Part shown: piece after piece, positions 30,132-42,735 of the stretch | Layout of the letters: the number at the start of each line of letters is the position of its first letter | Position numbering within the stretch: the stretch's first letter is position 1 | DNA from: an uncultured Gemmatimonadales bacterium | Lineage (GTDB): Bacteria; Gemmatimonadota; Gemmatimonadetes; Palauibacterales; Palauibacteraceae | Assembly: GCA_963807645.1 (NCBI GenBank) | Contig: CAWECO010000009.1 | Coordinates: forward strand, 131 to 64,130 | DNA: 64,000 nt | Reading direction: 5' to 3' | Notes under the pieces: generated by a model | The model's input: only the letters and a program-made list of their open reading frames with translations | What the model was told of the DNA's origin: nothing | Databases searched by the model: none | Program-made: the position numbers and the translations under genes

Positions 30132-31619
30132 GTGAAGTCATTGCCAGAATCTGCCAGCCCACAGCGTCTGCGGCGAGTCGTGCGCCTCCCGGGTGCGGTC
30201 CTGCTCGGGCTCGGGTCGATCGTCGGCACGGGCGCGTTCGTGAGCATCGGCATCGCCGCTGGCGTCGCGGGACCGTCCGTAGTGCTGGCGATCGTCTTCG
30301 CGGGGCTTCTCGCCGCCTGCAACGGGCTCTCCAGCGCCCAGCTCGCGGCCGCGCACCCCGTCAGCGGTGGAACGTACGAATACGGTTATCGCTACCTCAC
30401 ACCGACCCTCGGATTCACGGCCGGCTGGATGTTCATGAATGCGAAGTCCGCCTCGGCTGCCACGGCAGCGCTGGGGCTGTCCGGGTATCTTCTGGACGCG
30501 CTCGGCGTGGGCGGCCCTTCGTGGCTCGTAGTCACGGGACTTCTCGCCGTCGTGGCGGTGACCGCGCTGGTTTGGCACGGGACCTCGCGTTCGAACCGGG
30601 CCAACGCCGCGATCGTGGGCGTGACTCTGGCCACGCTGGCGCTGTTCGTCTTCGTCGGTGCCCCTTCAGCGGCCGCAAGGTCTTCCGTGAATCTCGCCGG
30701 GATACTCCCGGATCGGGCCGGGATTCGAGGCCTCCTGGAGGCGACGGCGCTGATGTTCGTGGCGTACACGGGCTACGGCCGGATCGCCACGCTCGGCGAG
30801 GAGGTCACCGAACCCCACCGAACGATCCCGAGGGCGATCATCGTCACGCTGCTGATCTCGGTAGTCCTGTACGTCAGCGTCGGACTCGTGGCCGTCGGAT
30901 CCGTGGGCGCGCCCCGCCTGGCCGAGATGACGGCGAGCCGCGCGGCCCCACTCGAGGACGCGGCCTTCGAATTCGGCGGCTCCGCGCTGGCCAGGATCCT
31001 GGCCGTGGGCGCGATCACGGCCATGCTGGGCGTTCTCCTCAATCTGATTCTCGGACTCTCCCGGGTCTTGCTGGCGATGGCTCGCCGGGGAGACGCACCG
31101 GCGAGACTCGCTGTGATCGATGACGAGCGAAGCTCTCCCGCCGCCGCGGTGATCGCTGTCGGCGCCGTCATCGGCTTGCTCGTACTGATCGGCGACGTAA
31201 AGACGACATGGTCGTTCAGCGCTTTTACGGTTCTGGTGTACTATGCCCTCACAAATCTCGCCGCTCTCCGGCTGCCCGCGGAGGCAAGGAGATTTCCACG
31301 CTGGATTTCGGCCGCGGGACTGATCGGGTGTCTGGGCCTGGCCTTCTGGGTGGAGTGGCGGGTCTGGGCCGTGGGCCTGCTCGTCATCGCCGCCGGGTTT
31401 GGCTGGCGGGCAGTGTGCCGCGGCGCACATGGCGGGTCGCCCGGCGCCCTGGCCGGCGATCGGCCCGCCGGACACGTTCCGACGTCTGCCGACAGTTCGA
31501 TCGAGAATCAGCCCGCGGACGGCATTTTGCCGCGAATTCACTCCTGGTGCTCGCGCTGCTCCTCCCGCTCGTCGCCGGGTGCCAGCGGTACGTCCCGGCC
31601 AACCTGCCGATGCAGTTGA
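30132..31619 (+). CDS. APC family amino-acid permease (true stop probably earlier)
   Basis: GLGSIVGTGAF, PVSGGTYEY, AYTGYGRIATLGEEV. Confidence 0.9.
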   Translation: MKSLPESASPQRLRRVVRLPGAVLLGLGSIVGTGAFVSIGIAAGVAGPSVVLAIVFAGLLAACNGLSSAQLAAAHPVSGGTYEYGYRYLTPTLGFTAGWMFMNAKSASAATAALGLSGYLLDALGVGGPSWLVVTGLLAVVAVTALVWHGTSRSNRANAAIVGVTLATLALFVFVGAPSAAARSSVNLAGILPDRAGIRGLLEATALMFVAYTGYGRIATLGEEVTEPHRTIPRAIIVTLLISVVLYVSVGLVAVGSVGAPRLAEMTASRAAPLEDAAFEFGGSALARILAVGAITAMLGVLLNLILGLSRVLLAMARRGDAPARLAVIDDERSSPAAAVIAVGAVIGLLVLIGDVKTTWSFSAFTVLVYYALTNLAALRLPAEARRFPRWISAAGLIGCLGLAFWVEWRVWAVGLLVIAAGFGWRAVCRGAHGGSPGALAGDRPAGHVPTSADSSIENQPADGILPRIHSWCSRCSSRSSPGASGTSRPTCRCS

Positions 31620-31926
31620 AGAGCGCCGAGGCGGGGAGTCCTACGACCTATCAGGACGAACTCGGCCGTACGATCGGCGCCGCGGACGCCGACGGACCGG
31701 AGTACCGGCTCACCCTGCAGGACGGGACGCAGTTCTTCATGAAGAACCCCCGGATTCGGGGCGACAGCATCGTCGGCTTCTACAGGCCGACGAAGGACAG
31801 CGCCTGGGCCCGGGCGTCGTCGAGCTGTTCGACGTGCGGCTGGTGGAGCAACAGGAGGTCGATTGGCTGTCCACGATCAGCCTGCTGACGGTCCGATCAC
31901 GCTGGCCCTGCTGTTCACCTGACTGA
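31480..31926 (+). CDS. Hypothetical lipoprotein, frameshifted, start uncertain
   Basis: LLVLALLLPLVAGC lipobox in frame 31208..31888; tail in frame 31399..31926. Confidence 0.5.
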   Translation, partial: RRLPTVRSRISPRTAFCREFTPGARAAPPARRRVPAVRPGQPADAVEERRGGESYDLSGRTRPYDRRRGRRRTGVPAHPAGRDAVLHEEPPDSGRQHRRLLQADEGQRLGPGVVELFDVRLVEQQEVDWLSTISLLTVRSRWPCCSPD

Positions 31927-32030
31927 CCCATCGGCGTCTGTCGCCCAAGCTGTCCGCCCCGGTGGCCAACGCCGGGCGGCGGCGTTACCCTCAGCGAGCC
32001 AAGAGAGGCGTCCACCCTCTGGAGTCCACT

Positions 32031-32606
32031 ATGACCCATTCGGCAGCAGAGACAGCTACTTCCCGGCTTCGCCAGGAGCACCAGCTCATTCTGAAGGTGG
32101 CGGACGCCATGCAGGCCCTGCTGGGCGAGGCCCAGAGACCGAATGGGCTGGACTTCGACACGATCAGCGACTGCGTGACCTTCATCCGGCTTTTCGCTGA
32201 TGCCTGCCACCATGGCAAGGAAGAAGATCTCCTGTTCCCCGAGCTGGAAGCGGCTGGAATGTCGCGGCACCAGGGGCCGATCGCCGTAATGCTCTACGAG
32301 CACGAGCAGGGACGCGCGTTCGCTCGCCAGATGGCCGAGGCGCTCAAGCCCGCTCGGGAGGGAGATGCGCAGGCTCTCGAGGTCCTCGAGGAAGCGGCCC
32401 GCGGTTACGTGGACCTGATCCGGGGACACATCCTCAAGGAAGACCGGATCCTGTTCGAGATGGCCGATCAGGCCGTGCGCGGGTCTGCGTGCGAACGCTT
32501 GTGCGGAGGCTACGGAGCCGTGTGTGCTCGGCGATTCGAAGGACACTCCAAGGAGGAACTGCAGTCTCTCGCGGTTCGCATTACGGAGCGGGCCGGCCTG
32601 GGATGA
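32031..32606 (+). CDS. Hemerythrin domain protein
   Basis: EHQLI, ADACHHGKEEDLLFP, EHEQGR, HILKEDRILF. Confidence 0.9.
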   Translation: MTHSAAETATSRLRQEHQLILKVADAMQALLGEAQRPNGLDFDTISDCVTFIRLFADACHHGKEEDLLFPELEAAGMSRHQGPIAVMLYEHEQGRAFARQMAEALKPAREGDAQALEVLEEAARGYVDLIRGHILKEDRILFEMADQAVRGSACERLCGGYGAVCARRFEGHSKEELQSLAVRITERAGLG

Positions 32607-32661
32607 GCCTCCAGGCGGCCGGGAGCATCGCTGCCGGAAGCCAAGCTCGTGGCCCGGTCGT

Positions 32662-33675
32662 TCAGCAGGTCGCGCAGGGCGTCACCGGCGAGTCCAGCCC
32701 GAGCTCCTCATCCGGCGCAATCGGAGCGGCATCCGGTTCGTTCGGCGGCGTCTTCACGGCCCGGTGTCTTACGATCAGCACCACGCCGGTCAGGATGATC
32801 GCTGCCGCCACGATCGTGCGTGACGTCACCGGCTCGGCCGCCAGGGCCCATCCAAGGAACACGGCCACTACCGGGTTCACGTAGGCGTAGCTCCCGACCC
32901 GGGCCGCGGCTTCGTGCCGGAGCAGGAAGACGTACGCCGCGAAGGCGATCAGCGATCCGAACACGATCAGGTACGCCAGCGCTCCGAGTGATCGGGCCGA
33001 CATCTGGGCTGGGTCAACCCTGGCCCACTCGCCCACCAGCGTGCCAAACAGGAGAAGAAGGACCCCCCCCGCCGTCATCTGCAGAGCGGCCGACATCCAG
33101 GGAGACGAAGGGTGCGGCAGGTGCTTCCCGTACACCGAACCGGTCGCCCAGGAGAGCGTCCCGAATACGACGACCGCCGACCCGATGAACTGCATCCGCC
33201 CATTGCCCGCGAGATCGACGGGACCCACGAGCACGGCGACTCCCACGAGGCCGAGGATCAATCCCACGACCACGGCGACCGTGGGCCGGCGCTTCGCAGG
33301 CCCGACCCAGTCCAGCACGACCATCCACACGGGCACGATCGCCACGATAAGCGCTGCCAGCCCGGAGGGAATCCACTGCTCGGCCCACCCGACGGCACCG
33401 GTGCCACCAAGCAGGAGGAGGCCGCCGATCACGGCCCCGCCCCCCCACTCACGGACTGTTGGCCGAGCCTCGCCGCGCCAGCGCAGGAACGCGTACATCA
33501 GGACGCCGGCCGTGAAGAAACGCGCGAACAACATGAGGAATGGGGGTAGGGTTTCGACGGCGAACCGGATCGCGAGATAGGTGGAGCCCCAGATCAGATA
33601 GATCGCCGCGAACGCGAGAACGATCGCGGTCTTACCGGGCCTATCCGCCTGTGGTTGGGTCGTTGCCCCGGCCAT
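32662..33675 (-). CDS. EamA/DMT transporter (YedA-like)
   Basis: IWGSTYLAIR, YAYVNPVVAVFLG. Confidence 0.9.
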   Translation of the reverse strand: MAGATTQPQADRPGKTAIVLAFAAIYLIWGSTYLAIRFAVETLPPFLMLFARFFTAGVLMYAFLRWRGEARPTVREWGGGAVIGGLLLLGGTGAVGWAEQWIPSGLAALIVAIVPVWMVVLDWVGPAKRRPTVAVVVGLILGLVGVAVLVGPVDLAGNGRMQFIGSAVVVFGTLSWATGSVYGKHLPHPSSPWMSAALQMTAGGVLLLLFGTLVGEWARVDPAQMSARSLGALAYLIVFGSLIAFAAYVFLLRHEAAARVGSYAYVNPVVAVFLGWALAAEPVTSRTIVAAAIILTGVVLIVRHRAVKTPPNEPDAAPIAPDEELGLDSPVTPCATC

Positions 33676-33890
33676 CCGCTTCCCTGCACTCTGGTGAAGT
33701 CACCGGGCTGTCCCGTGCGCTCGATTCGAACCGACATGCGCGAGACCGAGGATCGCCGAAGCTTATGGGCACGGCAAGGCCCGGAGACGCGTGTGGCGCC
33801 TCCGGGCCTCGCCTTCATCCCGGGTGGGGATCATCCGGTATGTGGTTCCCGGACGCCCTCTGCCTGGAGGGCGCCGGGGTTCAGGTCAAG

Positions 33891-35330
33891 TCACGGCGTC
33901 AGGTACGTGATCGCGTTGTCCAGGAGCGAGTTCGCGTAATCCGGGTTGTGCACGCCGAAGTCGCCGGAAGCGAACGTGAACACCGCGCCGTACACCGCCT
34001 CGCGCTGCGCCACCGTCCACAAGAGGTTGTCATCGTCGAGCGTCAGCTCGAGCGTCGCCCAATCTGCGTATCCCATCAGGACCGCGATCTGGTCGAGCTT
34101 GTCACGCACCGGCTGCTGCAACGCGGCCAGACCGGCCTCGTCCAGCCCGGGGTGGCAAGCCTGACACGCTTCGAGCGTCGGCATGAAGTTGTGAACCACG
34201 TGCCCGCCCGCGTCCTCGCTGAACGCCATGTGGCAGGTCACACACCCGTCTCCGATCATCGCCTCGTGAGCATGGTCGCCGTCGTAGTGAACCCGGGGAT
34301 CTCGTACGAGCCGGCCCCGATGAACATGTCGCTCTGCGGGCTGCTGTGCGGCCCGAAGTGGCCGTAGCCGATCAGCGATCTGGCCGGCCACGTTCGCGTT
34401 GTTGCGGCGCGCCTTGTGGCACTGGGCGCAGGTCTGGCCCGCGCCGTAGCCTTCCATCGTCGCCGCTTCCTCGTCAGAGGGCTCCCACGGGAAGGTGTAG
34501 GACAGCGTCACCGGGCCGACGTTCCGCAGCTGCGCTTCGTTGCCGCCGCCCATCTCGCCCACGTGTGGGTCGTGGCAGGTCGGGCAGCCGACGAAGGAGA
34601 ACTCGTCGTCGAACTCGTACGTCAGCAACGCCGGGTCGTTGACCCGAGCGTAGCCCTCGGACGTGTGGCAGAAGTTGCACGACGAGATCGTGTAGTGTTC
34701 CTCGTTGAACGCGTCGATGTCGCCGCCCGCCGCGTTGGCGTGGCCGGAGGTCTTCCACTCGTCGATCTGTGTGTCGTGGCAGCCCTGGCACAGCGACAGA
34801 CGACTCACCGGTGACCGGGATCGTCGTGCGTGGCGAACGAGACCTCCGGAATGTGGGCGTTGAAGTTCGGCCCCATCGCCCCGTGGCACGACTCGCACTG
34901 CACGCCCTCGAGGGCCATTCGGCGCTCCGCGCCTTCCGCGGTGTCATCGCCGATGTAGCCGCTGTAGCCGTCGTCGGGTGGCTCACAGTTCGCCGGATCG
35001 ATCTCGGTGGCACCGAACTCGACGGTGCAGTTGAAGCCCGTGGTGTGGCACTGCAGGCAGTACAGGTTCTCCTGCTCCGCACCCAGGTCCAGGTACGCGT
35101 TCGTGTGGTTGGTCGTCAGCACCGTGTCGCACGGCCGTCGAGTGGCAGTGCTGGCACGCCTCACCGAAGTTCCCCTGGTAGGCGAACTCACTGAAGCTTT
35201 CGCCCGGAGGTCCCTCGGGGCCCTCGGGGCCTTCCGGTCCCGGAGGTCCGGCTGGACCCTGGTCGCCCGTGCAGCCGACCAGCGCGAGCGACAGGATTGC
35301 GAAGATCCCCAACCCGTGTCTGAGTTTCAT
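33891..35330 (-). CDS. Multiheme (9 CxxCH) cytochrome c lipoprotein with collagen-like linker, frameshifted
   Basis: Lipobox LVGC and (GPx)n linker. Heme motifs CQHCH, CLQCH, CESCH, CQGCH, CNFCH, CPTCH, CAQCH, CVTCH, CQACH. C-terminal GVHNPDYA. Confidence 0.85.
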
Positions 35331-35416
35331 GGAACCATCCCCTCTAAATGTTTGCTCTCCCCGGAATGAAAAGCCCGACGCAATTGGGGGGTGCGCCGCC
35401 GGGCTGCCAATTCACC

Positions 35417-35443
35417 TTGTGAGATCTAGCACAAAGGGTGCCA
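35417..35443 (-). promoter_or_regulatory. Sigma54 promoter overlapped by a Rex/CRP-like palindrome
   Basis: Minus strand TGGCACCCTTTGTGCT (35443-35428); TTGTGA-GATCTA-GCACAA at 35417-35434. Confidence 0.6.
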
Positions 35444-35612
35444 GACGGGGGCTTGCCGGGCTGTTTCGGTAGTTCTACGCAGGTACATAGGTACTTATGC
35501 GGATTCCCGGAGTTTACAACGACGTAAGTGAGGGATGCGTAGACGCTTGGGGGGGTGTCAATCTGTCTCAACGGTGACCCGCTGCGCCCATCCATACATG
35601 CCTGGATGCACC

Positions 35613-35648
35613 GAGGGCGGCAGCCGAATCGCGTCGGCCGCCGCCCTC
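35613..35648 (-). terminator. GC-rich hairpin downstream of the Met-rich gene
   Basis: Minus strand gagggcggcggccga-cgcgat-tcggctgccgccctc. Confidence 0.55.
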
Positions 35649-35685
35649 TTCCTGCCTCTTGAACCTGCTGCTCAGAACAGTGGGA

Positions 35686-36189
35686 TCACCCCGAGCAGGG
35701 GTTCATTCCCGCCGCGCAGGGATTCATTCCCTCCATCGGCGCGATCGTCATCTGCCCGGTGCGGCTCTCGTCCTGGTTGTCTTTGCAGTCGCCCGCGAAT
35801 CCGCCGTCTGCCTGCTTCTCGAGCGAACAGCTGATCACGAGGCTGGCCTCGTCCGGGGGAGACCAGTTGTAGCTGACGTGATCGCCGTCCATCGAGAGGT
35901 CCTTCATCTCCATTTTCACCTTTTCGCCGTCGTCGCCGTCGGCCACGATCCAACCCTTGGCGCCGCCGTCGCCCATCGCCATCTCGTAGGCGATCTCGAC
36001 CGCTTCCTCGCCAGGGGCCGTCATCGTGCCCTTCATCATGGCCGACTTCTGCTTCATCTTCTCCATCTTCTCCATCTTCTCCATCTTGTCCGTCTTTTCC
36101 ATCTTCTTCATTTCCTGTGCGACCGCAGGCTGCGCCGCGACGACAGCCATCATCGTCATGGCGAGGGCCGCCAGTACCAGCTTCCTCAT
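35686..36189 (-). CDS. Secreted Met/Lys-rich repeat protein (MXKDX-like) with NPC repeats
   Basis: Signal peptide; EMKKMEKTDKMEKMEKMEKM; C-terminal MNPCAAGMNPCSG. Confidence 0.75.
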   Translation of the reverse strand: MRKLVLAALAMTMMAVVAAQPAVAQEMKKMEKTDKMEKMEKMEKMKQKSAMMKGTMTAPGEEAVEIAYEMAMGDGGAKGWIVADGDDGEKVKMEMKDLSMDGDHVSYNWSPPDEASLVISCSLEKQADGGFAGDCKDNQDESRTGQMTIAPMEGMNPCAAGMNPCSG

Positions 36190-36448
36190 GTCCTACCTCC
36201 ACTGCGTTGGGTGCCCGGACAGTCCTCCGGGGTCAGTCGATCGGGGCTCGCATTCGGCCCACGTGACAACTGGCTAACCCGCGACCGGGTCCATCGGTTC
36301 CGATGGGGTGGGGAGAGGGAGCGCCGGAATGACGTTCCGGACCTGTCCGTGCTGTTTGCTCGATGACGGCTTTCGGACACGTCCAAGCGCAGCGCTCTGG
36401 CAGACATCCTCGCGGCTTTCGAGCATTCGCTGGCCGCCAACCCTTCTC

Positions 36449-36469
36449 TTCTCTAGACTGTCTAGAGAA
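36449..36469. promoter_or_regulatory. Perfect palindrome, probable PadR autoregulatory operator
   Basis: ttctctagac-t-gtctagagaa, 38 bp upstream of padR. Confidence 0.65.
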
Positions 36470-36507
36470 ATGGTACGACGACACGACCGAATCGAAAGCG
36501 AGTCGGC

Positions 36508-36840
36508 ATGGGCGGAACGAAGGCGGACCTTCTGCAGGGGACTCTGGACCTGATCGTCCTGCGCAGCCTGGCTATTCAGCCCATGCATGGCTGGCAGATC
36601 GCGCACCATATCCAGCAGGTATCGGAGGACGTGTTCCGCGTAAACCAGGGATCGCTGTACCCGGCCCTGCAAAGGCTGGTACGCAGGGGGTGGATCCGCG
36701 CCGAATGGAGAGTCACCGAAAACAACCGGAGAGCCCGTTACTACGACCTCACCGCCGAGGGGCAGAAACGCCTGGGACACGAGGCCGAGAACTGGCGCCT
36801 GGTGTCCGGCGCGGTGAACCGGTTCCTGGCTACCGGCTAG
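36508..36840 (+). CDS. PadR family regulator (acidobacterial type)
   Basis: LQGTLDLIVL, QGSLYPALQRL, ENNRRARYY. Confidence 0.95.
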   Translation: MGGTKADLLQGTLDLIVLRSLAIQPMHGWQIAHHIQQVSEDVFRVNQGSLYPALQRLVRRGWIRAEWRVTENNRRARYYDLTAEGQKRLGHEAENWRLVSGAVNRFLATG

Positions 36841-36864
36841 GGAACGAAGGGACGAGGAGGCGAC

Positions 36865-39492
<2,628 letters not shown>

Positions 39493-39524
39493 ACCGGTCC
39501 GGTCGCGGCGGGTTAGCTTGGAGC

Positions 39525-40799
39525 ATGGTGACCGGAACGATCCGAAAGACCAGCTTCCGCAAAGCGTTCGGCCCCGGACTCATGTGGGCGGCCGCCGCCA
39601 TCGGCGTGTCGCATCTCGTCCAGTCCACCCGTGCCGGAGCGATGGCGGGATTTGGCCTGGCCGGAGTGGTGCTGCTCGCCCTCGTGTTGAAGTACCCGTT
39701 CTTCGAGTTCGGGCCGCGCTATGCCGCGGCCACGGGACTCAGCCTCGTCGAGGGATACCGGAGGATCGGCCGCTGGGCGCTGTGGCTCTATCTCGCGATC
39801 ACGCTCAGCACGGCGCTGTTCGTCCAGCTGGCCGTGGTGCTGTTCACGGCCTTCCTGGTGAAGATCGTGTTCGGACTCGCCTGGCCGATCCCGCTCGTGG
39901 CCGGGCTACTGTGCGCCCTGTGCGCAGGGCTCCTTGCGGTGGGGCGATTCCCGTTCCTGGACCGCGTGATCAAGCTGGTGATGGCCCTGCTCGCCGCCTC
40001 GACTCTCACAGCCGCCGCTATCACCGTTCCTCATGCTGACTTTTCTTCCCTGGCGATCTGGCCAAAAGGCGTCTTCGACGGAGCCGTTCCCCTCGCGTTC
40101 GTGCTCGCTCTGATGGGCTGGATGCCTTCTGCGATCGACATCTCGGTGTGGAGTTCGCTGTGGACGCTCGCCAAGGACCGGGCAACGGGTGAACGGGCGA
40201 GCCCGAGTGCCGTACTGCTCGACTTCCGGATCGGCTACGTTGCGACGGGCGTGTTGGCCTTCGCGTTTCTGGCCCTCGGATCCGCGCTCATGTACGGCAC
40301 GGGCCAAACGTTCAGCCCGCGCGGAACCGAGTTCTCGGCGCAGGTTATCGATCTGTACACGCAGACCCTGGGCGCATGGACGAGGCCGATCGTGTTCACC
40401 GCCGTGCTCACGACGATGTTCTCCACGACACTTACCGTGATCGACGGATTCCCGAGGGCCATAGACCGGGGCCTGCGCGTGGCTTTCGTAGAGCCGGAAG
40501 GTACGTCGGCTTACGCCGGCACCGGGAGAGCCTACTGGGGAGCGATCGCGATCCTGGGCGGCCTCACGGTGCTGGTCCTAGCGGCTTTTCCGGGGTCCCT
40601 GACCGCCATGGTGGATTTCGCGACCATCGTGTCTTTCCTCACGGCGCCGGCGCTCGGCTACCTCAACCTTCGCGCCGTGACTTCCGACTCCGTGCCGCGA
40701 GAACTTCAACCGGGACGAACGCTCGTCGTGCTTTCCTGGATCGGATTGGTGGTGCTCGGCGGTTTCGCCGCCCTGTACCTGTTTACTCGCCTCGGATGA
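39525..40799 (+). CDS. Nramp-like divalent metal transporter
   Basis: GPGLMWAAAAIGVSHLVQSTRAGA, MGWMP. Confidence 0.85.
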   Translation: MVTGTIRKTSFRKAFGPGLMWAAAAIGVSHLVQSTRAGAMAGFGLAGVVLLALVLKYPFFEFGPRYAAATGLSLVEGYRRIGRWALWLYLAITLSTALFVQLAVVLFTAFLVKIVFGLAWPIPLVAGLLCALCAGLLAVGRFPFLDRVIKLVMALLAASTLTAAAITVPHADFSSLAIWPKGVFDGAVPLAFVLALMGWMPSAIDISVWSSLWTLAKDRATGERASPSAVLLDFRIGYVATGVLAFAFLALGSALMYGTGQTFSPRGTEFSAQVIDLYTQTLGAWTRPIVFTAVLTTMFSTTLTVIDGFPRAIDRGLRVAFVEPEGTSAYAGTGRAYWGAIAILGGLTVLVLAAFPGSLTAMVDFATIVSFLTAPALGYLNLRAVTSDSVPRELQPGRTLVVLSWIGLVVLGGFAALYLFTRLG

Positions 40800-40854
40800 G
40801 GACGTCCCTCCGCCGGCTCCCGGTCGCCCGGCGAGCCGGCGGAGGGTGAGCGGA

Positions 40855-41191
40855 TCAGTCGGGCCGGGCGTCCGAATGCCCGTGCCCTGAGGCCGCCTGA
40901 CGAGAGGCGGCGCTGAGGCGCATGAGGATGTGGTTCTTTCGCGGGTGGGTGGCCGGCAGTTCCCGGGCCAGGACTCGCAGGGCGTAGATGATGGCCTGGT
41001 CCTTACCCCTGCGCAGCGGCTGTACGCTCCGGAATGATCGACAGGGCCGCCACGATGGCCGGACCCGGATGCTCCCTCACCTGGTCATCGGGCGCATCGA
41101 TATACAGGGCGACGTGGTGCGTCGCCCTTTCGATCTCCGCCGCGTTCTGCAGCATCTCTTCCGGCGTCTTCGGGTCGCGTGTATACGCCAT
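40855..41191 (-). CDS. Hypothetical protein, frameshift near 41005
   Basis: MAYTRDPKTPEEMLQNAAEIER... continues as KDQAIIYALRVLARELP... to TGA 40855. Confidence 0.55.
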
Positions 41192-41260
41192 GCGCTCGTG
41201 ATCATCACAGGTGAATGGTTGCGTCCGCGGCGCGGAGCCGCGTCCGTGTGGCGGTGAGAT

Positions 41261-41307
41261 AGGCAATCACCGTACCGAATGTCACATTGTTGTTAATTAA
41301 CGACTTA
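41261..41307 (-). promoter_or_regulatory. Sigma54 promoter with IHF-like site
   Basis: Minus strand CGGTACGGTGATTGCCT (GG-N10-GC); AATTAACGACTTA at 41295-41307, similar to WATCAANNNNTTR. Confidence 0.55.
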
Positions 41308-41366
41308 CGTGCAAGCAGAGGATTCGTCGTGGCGCGAGAGCCACAGCGAGAACGCGTGGAGGGCAG

Positions 41367-41397
41367 AAAAAAAGGGGCGGTCCTTTCGTCCCGCCCC
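41367..41397 (-). terminator. Rho-independent terminator
   Basis: Minus strand ggggcgg-gacgaaagga-ccgcccc-ttttttt. Confidence 0.85.
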
Positions 41398-41568
41398 CAG
41401 CTCCGGCACACCATCTGGGCATCTCCGCTTGGGCGCTCCTGCGTCGGGGCGCTTTCGCTCCGCTTTGCGGATAGGCGGCGAACCGGGGCAAAATCGGTCG
41501 GCGACGCGTCGCCGTTGGCTACAATATACCTCTCTCGGGCTCGATGGGGAGGGCAGCTCGAGAACTCG

Positions 41569-42735
41569 TCATCCCACCGCGCATTCGTTCTTCCCCGCCT
41601 CCAGCACGTCGGCCTGTTGAGGCGTGACCTCGGCCAGTCCCACATTGATCGCCTTGATGTGCGGATAGGCCTCTGGCGGCTTCGAAACGTGTGACTCGAC
41701 CCACGCACGAAACTCGCCCTCCGTCTCGATCCGGAGCGTGGCGTTCGCCGCCCGGGCCTCGCCGAGGGATCGGTCCACGGTTCGGTCCGCGTTCCTCTCA
41801 CCCTCCCCGGCGTAGTGCGCCGGAAGTAGGCGTACGTTCGGCCCCCAGCCGGCCCGCGCCCTCTCCAGGCTTTGCCACAGGTCTCCGACCCACGCCTCCA
41901 TCTTGCCGGCCAGGTCCGGGCGGCCGATCGAATCGACGAACAGGAAGTCGCCCGTGAAAGCGGTCGCCGAACTCGAGAGGTCGCCGGCGACGAAAGTCGT
42001 GCTGCCTTCGGTGTGACCGGGCGTGTGGTGCGCGACCACCGTCTGCCCACCGATCGACAGTTCCGACCCGTCGGACAGCGGCTGGAACTCGAGCCGGCCC
42101 GGCGTCTCGTCGTACGGCCACACGTTGTCTGCCGGGTGCAGGTAGTACGGAACTTCCAGCTCGCCGGCCATTTGCGGAGCCCCGCTGATGTAGTCGGCAT
42201 GTACGTGCGTATCGGCGACCGCCACGATGCGAGCTTCCGAGTCAGACGCCGCTTCCGTCCACGGCGCCCAGTCGCGCGGCGGATCGATGGCCAGCGCTTC
42301 ATTCCCGGCCACCAGCAGATAGCCGAGGGCTCCCTTCCCAATCCGGTCGAACTGGACCAAACGGTCGAAGCCGGGCGGAGGCGTGAGCTCGCGCGGAATC
42401 ACCATGCGCATCCAGGCGTTCACTCCACCCCGCAGCGACCAGGCCTCGTATCCACGTTGCCCCAGGAGCGCCGCGATCACGCGGCTGTCATTCCCGTGAC
42501 CGCACACCACCGCCACCGGATCGGCCGGATCCAGGCCGATGGCCGTCGCCGGATCGGCCAAGGTCACGAACTCCGAGCCCCTGACGTTGTGGAAGCGGTC
42601 AGCGGGGACAGGGTCCACGCGACCGGCCGCCAATCGTTGCGGCGCCCTGACGTCCAGGACCCGGATGGGCTCTCCCGCCTCCAACCGGGTCGCTAGATCC
42701 AACGCGGCGATTTCCGGGACGTTCGGCAGCTTCAC
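41569..42735 (-). CDS. Rhodanese-MBL fold fusion (persulfide dioxygenase-like)
   Basis: VLDVR..CGHGNDS..LRGG; DTHVHADYISG, TPGHT, FTGDFLF, GRPDL. Confidence 0.9.
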   Translation of the reverse strand: MKLPNVPEIAALDLATRLEAGEPIRVLDVRAPQRLAAGRVDPVPADRFHNVRGSEFVTLADPATAIGLDPADPVAVVCGHGNDSRVIAALLGQRGYEAWSLRGGVNAWMRMVIPRELTPPPGFDRLVQFDRIGKGALGYLLVAGNEALAIDPPRDWAPWTEAASDSEARIVAVADTHVHADYISGAPQMAGELEVPYYLHPADNVWPYDETPGRLEFQPLSDGSELSIGGQTVVAHHTPGHTEGSTTFVAGDLSSSATAFTGDFLFVDSIGRPDLAGKMEAWVGDLWQSLERARAGWGPNVRLLPAHYAGEGERNADRTVDRSLGEARAANATLRIETEGEFRAWVESHVSKPPEAYPHIKAINVGLAEVTPQQADVLEAGKNECAVG

